Assembly: GCA_000934665.2 (NCBI GenBank)
Contig: KZ538457.1
Location: 48,902-68,901 of the forward strand
Direction of reading: 5' to 3'
DNA: 20,000 nucleotides
Origin: Catajapyx aquilonaris
Lineage: Eukaryota
The position numbers and the translations under genes were made by a program. The notes below the pieces were generated by a model, which ran no database searches, had not been told where the DNA came from, and saw only the letters and a list, made by a program, of their open reading frames with translations. This document shows positions 11,614 through 20,000 of the stretch, in pieces. How positions within the stretch are numbered: the first letter of the stretch is position 1; every line of letters starts with the position of its first letter.

Positions 11614-12632
11614 CCCTTTATCTCCTGCTGTCCCGAGATTCGGGACAACGAAAAATTTGCCATATCTCGATGGTCAAGGTCACGATGTTGATGGCTGAGA
11701 TGTAATCGGAATCATTACAATATAAGACACATGTGACGCATATTTGATGATTCTAAGTCAATGACTTGGTTATAAAATGCTGACGCGATTTTTTTTAAAT
11801 GTGAATTTCGCGCCATTATGTAGCTCTCAGAAGTGCAATATTGCTTATATGGAGTGAAAAACTGTTTGCGTGCATGACTCAGGTCCTCTTCTATACAACG
11901 CATAAGTTTGACATGTTTAGGTCCAGCGATAAGACGGTATAAAAGAGAGGCTGAGTATCAGGCTACGGTTGCCTGCACTCGCGTCCGCTTCAATGCAGAG
12001 TTGCCTTATATTTCCTTGAGGGTCCTTGAAAACGTATTGGAGTAGAAGCTAGTGTTTGGGAGTAGAAGGTGATAACCCTCAAATGGGTCGTAATTGAGTT
12101 ATCACCTTCTTCTCCCGAACCCTATTGTAATCCATATGTCCAAAAAAAGAAGAGAGATAATGAAGGGTTTGGGAGAAGAAGGTGATAACTCAATTCCGAC
12201 CCTTTTGAGGGTTATCACCTTCTACTCCCGAACCTTTCAATTACTGGCATCATTTAGTTACACTATGGTGAAAAACAAGGCATAACAAATGTAATTAGCA
12301 AAAGCCCAATAACATTCGATATAGATTATAGCAATTAAGTTAATGGCGTAATTTCTAAATTTCGAGCTTTACTTCCTAAACTGTAATGAATGGTCATGAA
12401 TTTCTTCACGTTCATTGGTCCAATCGTGAACGACTATGAAACACAGATGTAACATTCCTGGACTTTGAATTTGGCGCATCACAGCTGATTCATTGGAAGA
12501 ATTAATGAAAAAATGCAATAAATGTCGCCCCGTGACAGCTGACTCCTCCAGATGTGGCCGATGACAAGGCTAGGGTTGTAAATATAATTAAACTTCACCT
12601 GCGAAAAATTCCTTATGGCAGTAGATAAAGGG
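11614..12632. mobile_element. Non-autonomous piggyBac-type element
   Basis: TTAA|CCCTTTATCTCCTGC...GCAGTAGATAAAGGG|TTAA; no coding capacity seen. Confidence 0.88.
12054..12233. repeat. Four 23-bp units in alternating orientation (double hairpin)
   Basis: gtttgggagWagaaggtgataac at 12054 and 12167; near reverse complements at 12098 and 12211. Confidence 0.9.
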
Positions 12633-13026
12633 TTAAACCGTGTAAGTAAAAAAACACGTCTTCTTAGGTTTTCCATGTATACAGGGTGTACCAAAAATGG
12701 AAGAACTTGTAGAATAAACATTGTAAGTAGACAGAAATAATATTATACTCGTCAATGTTTTCACAGTCACTCATTTTGATTTTTTGGTTATTTTGCACCA
12801 AGTCCAACAGGGTGTGCCAAAAACACCATCGAATATAAGGGTTCGTATAATAAATGGTATAAATAATTTTAAATCATGTTCTTAATTAATTAAGAGGGTT
12901 AAAAGACGAATTAAATTTCGCTTTAATTAATAATGATTTATAATTTTTATGTAATAAAATTTTAATCACATAACGTTCAGCTACACTACTCTCTGATAAA
13001 ACCTAGTCTGCAAAAACAACTAAGTT

Positions 13027-13043
13027 TTTTTTTTTTCTTCTTC

Positions 13044-13076
<33 letters not shown>

Positions 13077-13342
13077 CCGTGCTCGAGCCATTCGGCTCGT
13101 TTTGGAGGGAGGGGAAGGTTCCCAAGGGGGGGCATCCTCGGTTTATAGTCACTCACGACTCTCTCAGATACACCAGACCTTTTCTCTGGCCCCGGGCAGC
13201 TAAGGGAGTGCAATGCTGCCCCGGCGTGTCGGGTGAAAAGCGGAAAAAGACCCGGCCAAGCAGAGGTGACGGGGACGGGATTTGAACCCCGGCCTCCTGC
13301 TTGGCTAGCCAGTGGCGTAACCACTAGACTACCACGCCTCCC
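13027..13342 (-). mobile_element. tRNA-derived SINE
   Basis: Head GGGAGGCGTGGTAGTCTAGTGG...GGTTCAAATCCC with a (TAA)n/A-rich tail. TSD aaaaacaactaagtt (13012-13026) / aaaaacaactacgtt (13344-13358). Confidence 0.88.
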
Positions 13343-13488
13343 TAAAAACAACTACGTTAATCAAGACTGAATCATGAAATTGCTGCCAGGTTGACCTTCA
13401 GGGTGTATGGTAACTGGAAAATCACTGGCCAGCTACTAATTCTGCTAGACACAATTTTGAAATGAAAACACCTATAGAGGTGCATACC

Positions 13489-13762
13489 CTATCAGTGGGG
13501 CTTAACGTCGGCCTGTTTCTGCTGCTAAGGCTAAACACCGATGCCAGGAGGTGGTCCTCCTCCTGGAAATTTGGCCACTCTGGGGATCTTTAACGTGCAC
13601 TTGCGCAATGTCACAAGCACACAGGACCGACAGCTTTACTTCCCCTCCGAAGGAAGGTGCACTCTCACTTTTCTACCACCCGGAGAAAAGTAACCGACCT
13701 CGGCCGGGTTAGAACCCACAACTTTGGGTCTAGAGGCAAGCGCGCTAACCACCAGACCACCA
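13489..13762 (-). mobile_element. tRNA-derived SINE, different family, no clear tail
   Basis: Head GGTGGTCTGGTGGTTAGCGCGC...GGTTCTAACCC. Possible 7-bp TSD gcatacc (13482, 13763). Confidence 0.8.
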
Positions 13763-14220
13763 GCATACCAGGGAGGTTCAGTTTATGTCTTAAACTGAGT
13801 TTCAAAAGCCAATAATTAACTTTCACCTTTTTCAGAATTAGTGTTTGTACTAAAGTTTTGATTTCCTACATTAGAAATAACTACATCATTTTAATCGCCA
13901 ATCGCAAGATTGTGCAGAAACATTAAATTTGCAACTTATTATAGCCTAGGTCTACCATTTATTCTACGAGCTCTTAAATTTGATGGTGTTTTTAGTACAG
14001 CCTGTAGGTCATGGTTGAAAATAACCTAAAAATCAAAATCAGCAACCACAAAAACACCGGGAAATATTCTTTTCACCAACGTATAATGTTTTCTCTAGAA
14101 GTATTTCAATTCCATGGTGCATTATATTTTTCGTACACCCTGCAACAGGCTAAGTTAAAAAGTAGCCTATCTATAAATCTAAATCAGTGACCCCAAAAAC
14201 ATAAGGAGACATGTTCTTTA

Positions 14221-14438
14221 CGGTTCCATAACAGTTCGCCCGATTCACATTCACCCCACGACAATTCGCCCGATGAATGACTATTTCCCACCATACAAAC
14301 TTGCCCCCGATGCAAGTTATTATTGGTATAGGCCTATAGAACCGATAGCTGAAACTGAATGTACTGTAATGCAATATGCACTGCAATATGACTTTGTATG
14401 GCGGGCGAATGTGCATTGGGCGAATTGGTATGATACCG
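14221..14438. mobile_element. MITE with subterminal ttcgccc repeats and an apparent 4-bp TSD
   Basis: TTTA|CGGTTCCATAACAGTTCGCCC...GGGCGAATTGGTATGATACCG|TTTA; superfamily uncertain. Confidence 0.75.
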
Positions 14439-14574
14439 TTTATTACTTGATATGATTTAATTGAGGTGCTATTATTTCGATGCATGCTGACCTGTATTTT
14501 TATTAGTGTGCAGCTTAATATGGAGTAGTGGCATATTATAAAATATTACCAAAATATCAAGGACTACATGTAAT

Positions 14575-14901
14575 TTTATTTTTTTTTATGTACCCCGTTA
14601 TAGGGCCATAGGCCCTTATAGGGGAGTGGGACACCACCATTTTTCGTTCGATTTTTTTTTTTCTATATTTTCTTCCAACTCCGGTGCAAGGACGAAAGGA
14701 CATGGGGTAAAGGATAGGGATTTTTTGGGGAGGGAACATAGGTGCAAGTCCCCCAGGAGGTTAGGTTGCCAGACACCTCCTTGGTGCAGGTCAGGGACCC
14801 TCCCGACACAGGTGAAAGGAAAGTTCCCCAGGCGGGGATCGAACCTGGGGCCTTTCACTCAGCAAGCCGTGACGTTACCATCACGGCCACCACACCTCCC
14901 C
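14575..14901 (-). mobile_element. tRNA-derived SINE
   Basis: Head GGGGAGGTGTGGTGGCCGTGATGG...GGTTCGATCCCC with an A-rich tail. Perfect 12-bp TSD actacatgtaat (14563-14574, 14903-14914). Confidence 0.88.
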
Positions 14902-15042
14902 AACTACATGTAATATAAATTGCTGTTGGTGTTTTTGTTATTGTTATTATTGCATCCTAAATTCACACTGACCGAATAGATAAAAAACGTTGAAACCTGG
15001 ACTTAAAATTTGCACCTTAGTAGACCTATATACCATGATAAA

Positions 15043-15296
15043 GGGCGACTCGGTGGCGGAGTGGTCAGCACCGCAGCCTTCCACCTCTAAGGTCCCGAGT
15101 TCGATCCCCGGGTCGGACGGAGGATTCTTATGTGGATAGAGTTTCGATGGGTTCTCTCCGTGTTCGCGTCGGTTTTCTCAGGGTTCTCCCGTTTCCTCCC
15201 GCTATCAAAAATCCATCACAGCGCAGGCAATGATTAAAGTCGGTTAAATAAAAGATGATCTCCTAAGAGGCCCACGGAGGCCTAGCACGGGGTATC

Positions 15297-15348
<52 letters not shown>
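15043..15348 (+). mobile_element. tRNA-derived SINE with a long (ATT)n tail
   Basis: GGTGGCGGAGTGG A box, GAGTTCGATCCC B box and ~17 ATT units. TSD tataccatgata (15029-15040, 15350-15361). Confidence 0.9.
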
Positions 15349-15503
15349 GTATACCATGATATGCACTTAATTACAAGTTGCAGATGGCAATACTCGATAT
15401 TATATCGACAGAATTTACTTTACTTACTCGAATGTCAAAAGGCGTAAATCTGCAGAAATATCAGTGAACTATAAACTTATACTTGTTGTAGGCACGAATC
15501 TAC

Positions 15504-15585
15504 AGACCTACTTTTTGAGCAAAGTGGAGATAGTTAGCAATGATTGCGAACTACTGTATCTCCACTTTGCTCAAAAGGTAGGTCT
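15504..15585. repeat. Small hairpin, ~28-bp arms
   Basis: agacctactttttgagcaaagtggagata / tatctccactttgctcaaaaggtaggtct. Confidence 0.8.
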
Positions 15586-15690
15586 TAAATGTCCAGAAAA
15601 AGAGTCAATAAAAGCGAGAAGGAGCGGGGGTAGTGTGTGCAGGGGAATCCCTGCCGTTAGGCACGAAAACCATATGTTATAAGTTTGATA

Positions 15691-15765
15691 CCAAGTCCGA
15701 CAAGTCCGCCCAAGTCCAACAAGTCCGCCCAAGTCTGCGCCCAAGTCCAACCCTTTGCAAGTCTG
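15691..15765. repeat. Degenerate tandem repeat of CAAGTCC-core units (~9-12 bp)
   Basis: ccaagtccga caagtccgc ccaagtccaa caagtccgc ccaagtctgcgc ccaagtccaa. Confidence 0.8.
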
Positions 15766-15833
15766 TTGTACGCTCAACTACCAAGTGAATTACACCTCGG
15801 ACATAGCCCAAGCACTGTCTTGGACATACACAC

Positions 15834-16129
15834 CCTTCAGCTAGCGTCTGCACTCCTGCAACTCCACTTGACACCAATAGCGCAGCATCCTCCTCGTCCT
15901 CCACTGTGGTTGCAACCACTTCCTCTGCCTGTTCCAATATTACTGTGGCTTCACACACTTGGGCGGCATCCTCCTCCGCCACTGCCTCCTCCGCCGCTGC
16001 CTCCTCCGCCGCCTCTGTCCCCAGAACAATGTGATGTTCAGCCTCATTCTCATCATCTCGCCCTATCTCCTCAGAAGCGCATTCGTAACCAATACAAGGC
16101 TTCAGATCACCCATTTCCTCTGAAGCCAT
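15834..16129 (-). CDS. GABPA: GABP-alpha/Ets97D-like gene, first coding exon (acidic, low-complexity N-terminus)
   Basis: Acceptor ttttacttgcag at 16167-16178. ATG at 16129 (GCAATGG), then MASEEMGDLKPCIGYEC...EEAAAEEAVAEED...QTLAEG. The phase-2 donor GG|GTGTGT at 15833 matches the phase of the 9676 exon. No homology of this exon itself is recognised; the link to GABPA rests on phase and position. Confidence 0.7.
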
Positions 16130-16166
16130 TGCTGCAGCCAAGCTGGTTCTCTCCAAAAGCTCCAGT

Positions 16167-16234
16167 CTGCAAGTAAAAGTAAAACAGCAGCATAACAAGA
16201 AGCAAGAAGCTAATGAAGTAAGTCGGGGAGTTAC
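16167..16234 (-). other. Probable short 5'UTR intron of GABPA (68 nt)
   Basis: The minus strand reads CTG|gtaactc...pyrimidine-rich...ttgcag|ACTG, just upstream of the ATG exon. Confidence 0.6.
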
Positions 16235-17000
16235 CAGATGAGCAACCCGTCAACTTGAAATCCACGCCGTTTTCTGTGACAGGAAATGGCCGAAAGGAAG
16301 TGCATCCAGGGACTTAGTAATAAAAAAACAAAACAAAATAAAAGTAAAAATAAAAAATACGGTAGCTCCGTAGTGGTCTTGCTATTGCGCAAGTCATGTG
16401 CGCATGGTGACGATTGCTACATTGATTGTCCCAATAGCTGAAAGATGGCAGAACTAGAGTCGACTGTTGCTGACATCTAGTGGCAATCTCCAAGAGAAAG
16501 GTTCCACCAACGGGCAACGGGTTCCACTCGTTCCACTACACTAGTCAATTGGCGGAATTTTCAAATTTTGTACATACTAATTAATAATTCTAAGATGTAA
16601 ATAGTGTGCGATCATTTAAATTATTTAACGGCATATGACCGTATAGTGGGCTGGACCTGTATGTGTTTTTCGAGGTGTTTTTACATGTTGCTGACATGCT
16701 GCACGGAGTAGTGCATGCTGTACTTTTTCGAATTCATTTTTATGTATATACCGGTATGGCATTAAAATATCAAGTTTTTTTACGCTCCTTTTTTAATGTC
16801 CCAATTATTCTGCAATTTTCCTTATTACGTACAATTACAAAGTTGAAATATACTGTACCGTATGCGACTACAGCAGTAGTTCCGTCTGTGTTAGGTCTCG
16901 CAGGCATGGTCCTGGTTCGGATTGGTGGTGTTCAGTTTTTTTAGAGCGGTCCGTGCCTGGAGTTTGTACTGTGTCGGTGGTGTATATCTGTCCAGCCTAG
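16235..17000. promoter_or_regulatory. Putative bidirectional promoter and 5'UTR region between GABPA (-) and a divergent gene (+)
   Basis: TE-poor interval between two divergent first coding exons. It contains an ETS-like AGGAAGTG (~16295), an NRF1/ewg-like TGCGCATG (~16399) and a CTCF-like GCCACTAGATGTCAGC on the minus strand (~16469-16484). Confidence 0.55.
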
Positions 17001-17017
17001 TGTCTGGGACAAGAGTC

Positions 17018-17239
17018 ATGGCATCAGGAAATATATGCCATGGGAACGAGCGTGAAAACCAGCAGGTCCCTGCCCTGGACCTCGCATATGGCCTATCTTT
17101 CCCAAAGCTTCATCGTCATAGGAATTACTCCAAATCGAAGCGTGAGAGGAACGAAGCAAGGTATCAGAAACTCTTAGAGAAGGCGGGCAAGAAAACCCTG
17201 GCAGGATGGAATCTCTACATCAAAAAGCTGCCGGGAGAG
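17018..17239 (+). CDS. Probable first coding exon of a divergent gene, possibly an RRM-containing protein
   Basis: GTCATGG start, 74 open codons (MASGNICHGNERENQQ...NEARYQKLLEKAGKKTLAGWNLYIKKLPGE), and a good donor GAG|gtaatg. NLYIKKLP resembles an RNP2 motif. No further exon was identified. Confidence 0.55.
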
Positions 17240-17570
17240 GTAATGCACCGTTTTAATTATACGAATTGTTCATTGCAGACTTGATCACGTATATCTACGT
17301 TCTTCGATCAACCACTGTAATATGGATATAGTTATAAAACCATCGTCATTATCGACAACTGTTACTCCCAGAATGTGATTTGTTAGCACAAAGTGACTTA
17401 CAACTCATCAAATTAATAGAAACAGAAAATGTCACCAGGTCATTGACACCAGGCTTTCCCTTTCTGTCGCGGCTTCTGTGCTCCCCCTCATAGCACTCAG
17501 TGCGCATGCGTGGGTTTCCTCGCGCCACATTGGTTGAATCACGCGCGACCAAATTTGAGGACCTAAAACT

Positions 17571-18885
17571 AGAGTTCTGCTAAAATTATAATGTACGGAA
17601 AATGATAGGACGATCTGACGTCATCAGTTTCCATGAAAATATTCTCACAGAACAATACGAGTAAACAGTGGAGTCAACAAAAAGCAACAATGGAAGAAAC
17701 GATCTCCGTCAGATCGTTCTCTCGTTTTCCGCACCGAGAGGTGGTGACAAGCTCCCTATCCTTTCCCATTATAGCCAGGTCGAGGCATCTAGGGTAATAT
17801 TGTATTCTGACACTTGTCTCGTAACTGGGACGACAACCAATATAATGACAACTGGAACAACAATTAGTCCAATAATGTCAGGCGTCCGCCATCTTTACTA
17901 GGGTAATATTGTTGTCTGCCTCACATTTCACCCGGAGTCGTTCCTCTATAGCAGCGGTTTTCAAACTGCTGGGGTACGCGAACACAATTTTGTGGGTACG
18001 CGAAATATTTCGTGCAATGGCGTCGCGTCCATTCTCTACATTTGTGGGGGGAAATGGGGGGGGGGGGGGGANGTGGGAAAAACAAACTTGGGATCTAAAG
18101 TGGAAAACATGTGGAAATATCGGGAGGAGAGATGGGAGGGAGGGTATGGTGGGGGGTGCGACTGGAAATGAGCAGCCTAAATTACTTCCATATGGGGTCA
18201 ATATGCAGGACCGTGGAACTGCAAATTAGACACATCTCCCAGACTGTCCAAAACAACCGCGCACTTATTCCCAGATGTTAGTGATTAGTGCTCCAACTGA
18301 TGGCGCAGCAGTTTAGGAATAATTTTCCCGAAATGGACACGTCAATGAATTGGATAAGGAACCCGTTTGATATTTTATTGCCAATTCCAAATATGTCAGT
18401 ACAGGACCAAGAAAAAATTATCGGAATTTCAACAGATGGAAATTTAAAACAGGAATTTTGACATAAAACCCTCGTCACATTTTGGGCGGAAAGAAGTGAC
18501 GATTATGCAGCTGGCATGGCAGGCTGTGATTTGAAACACTTGATTCCATTTGCCACAACCTATATTTATGTGAAGCTGGCTTTTCATCATCAACATCCAT
18601 CAAAACAAAATACCGGAAGTGACTGACTGTGGAAAAGGACTTGAGACTCAAATTGACGTCACTTGCCCCAAACATTGACCACTTGTGCGCAAGCAAGCAT
18701 GCACACCCATCACACTAACCAAGAGCTGCACTAACTGGTAATTAGTGCTCACAATTACTACGTATTATATGGTAGGATGGGAATGGGGGTACAAACTGTC
18801 TTGACAAATAAAAAGGGGTACGCGGCGAAAAAAGTTTGGGAAGCCCTGCTGCTCTCTAGGTTATTATATAGTCTAGCAGAACTCT
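17571..18885. mobile_element. Possible older TIR element into which the hAT inserted
   Basis: AGAGTTCTGCTA at 17571 and TAGCAGAACTCT ending at 18885, with weak extension; TSD unclear. Confidence 0.4.
17952..18851 (+). mobile_element. Internally deleted hAT (Charlie/Buster-like) transposon
   Basis: CAGCGGTTTTCAAACT...AGTTTGGGAAGCCCTG with near-TSD ctctatag / ctctctag. The remnant WIRNPFD...LIPFATTY / LCEAGFSS..IKTKYR..LTVEKDLRLKLTSLAPNIDHLCASKHAHPSH* has its stop at 18716-18718. Confidence 0.92.
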
Positions 18886-19525
18886 TTGCCTAAAACGGAC
18901 GGCAAGAATGTGCAGTGTGTTCGGAAAAATGACCGAAATGAACGTTTGATCCGTATATTCGGCGGAGTCGGAGTGTGACGCGGTACTCGAAGGCAATCGG
19001 ATGCGTATTAGGAAAGATGTGGTGGCTGTTGGAACCATCTGTTGGTAAGGTCGTTATGTTGATAAGCTTGTTATTGTTGTGGGCGGATGCTTGGAATGTT
19101 GCCCGAGAGTTGGGTTACAGAACAACAGGCTAGTTGTTGTAAACCGGTTGTAAACTTGAGATCCTGATAACTTTACTGATAACTGGAGGTTGCATTCTTG
19201 GGTCTGGGTGGGTGGTACAAATTGGCCGGGTGTAACTAGTCTATATATGGATATGGGATGCAGGTCGTCCTGACCAAATCTACTCTGCTTGGGTATACTG
19301 ATGTGTGATGTCACATAAGGGTGAATAGCCAAGAGCTAATATAGTTAATGCTGCCACATAGGTATTATTGATTCAACCAGAGAATAGTAAAGACGTCAAG
19401 AGCCTTTCATGTTAGGTTAATAATTTTATCGTTGGAGTCATTGTTCCCCACTGTGGCGTCATAAAGCTATTCTAGCTGGTTGAATCAGAAACATCTCTTA
19501 TCCAAAGTTCCGGTATATCAAAATA

Positions 19526-19560
19526 CAGTTGAATCCGGATATAACAGCCAAGTAGTTGGG
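19526..19560 (+). mobile_element. Terminus of a second member of the 10684 pogo-like family; other end not seen
   Basis: TA|CAGTTGAATCCGGATATAACAG, nearly identical to the TIR at 10684. Confidence 0.7.
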
Positions 19561-20000
19561 TCTGGCTGAACTGTCATTTGTGTAATACATCTGCTCGTCC
19601 ATCATCACTCGAGTCCTTCATTAGGAGCCGCCAATACACAGCACTCAGCTTCCTCTGCCACATGAGGAAAGAACTGCATACTGAAGTGGATGTCGTATTC
19701 CCGCATCTGTCAATGAGCTAAGCTTTCCTAATCGCATGTTTTGCACCTCAATGTTATTGAGGCACACATGCAGTGCTCTGTTGAATGTTTCTGGGTGTCT
19801 TTATCGCGGCGCTTGTCGTTGCTCGTGGGTCACAGAGCTGACCGTGGCTCCCACGCGGCTTAGGCACACGAAGTCAGTGACACTGCTGCTGCTGTACCCC
19901 CATCCTATGAGCCTTTTAACGCTACGTCATCACAACAAAGGCGGCCGCCATGTTGGTTGGGTAAAACCCCTATCCCACCCGTGTTGTTGGCATGGTTTTT

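Larger units (their letters stand above)
12682..14142. mobile_element. Old Tc1/mariner-type non-autonomous element with long degenerate TIRs, hosting two SINEs
   Basis: TA|CAGGGTGTACCAAAAA...TTTTTCGTACACCCTG. Internal inverted similarity: aaaaacaccatc / gatggtgttttt and ttttgatttttt / aaaaatcaaaa. Confidence 0.7.

Noticed and set aside
12054..12233. CRISPR-like 23-bp repeats with spacers
   Set aside because: The units alternate in orientation, the spacers are inverted copies of each other, the context is a eukaryotic intron, and there are no cas genes.
15043..15116. tRNA genes (also ~1525-1593, 5980-6049, 13270-13342, 13700-13761, 14830-14901)
   Set aside because: The A/B boxes are followed by SINE bodies and, in most cases, simple-repeat tails and TSDs; no convincing cloverleaf.
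15685..16176. Proline-rich 163-aa plus-strand ORF
   Set aside because: It is the antisense shadow of the GAG/GCG-rich GABPA exon plus a tandem repeat.
18056..18072. G-run with an N as a G-quadruplex or regulatory element
   Set aside because: It lies inside the hAT remnant, and the ambiguous base indicates homopolymer sequencing uncertainty.
18890..19340. Possible minus-strand LINE reverse-transcriptase tail
   Set aside because: Only faint resemblances (IWSGRPASH, RSFRSFF) among stop codons; not supportable without a search.

Overview
Eukaryotic, most likely invertebrate/arthropod, genomic DNA. The minus strand carries the 5' part of a GABPA/Ets97D (Elg)-type ETS transcription factor gene. 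Four phase-compatible coding exons (16129-15834, 9676-9547, 5132-4616, 3980-3819) encode an acidic N-terminus, the GABP-alpha OST domain, the PNT/SAM domain and the linker ending PGNRTG. The ETS-domain exon lies beyond the left edge of the window. A probable divergent gene starts on the plus strand, with a coding exon at 17018-17239 ending in an RRM RNP2-like motif, which gives a compact head-to-head promoter. The introns are packed with decayed transposons: tRNA-derived SINEs with TSDs, Tc1/mariner, pogo-like, piggyBac, PIF/Harbinger and hAT elements, and Helentron pieces. The most unusual observations are (i) three unrelated-looking SINEs whose target-site duplications share CATGTAG in the same orientation, (ii) a ~290-bp near-perfect palindrome inside a SINE, and (iii) a ~200-bp inverted duplication bracketing a CAC..GTG-ended segment. 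No prokaryotic-type system (CRISPR etc.) is present. All family assignments come from recalled motifs, not database searches.
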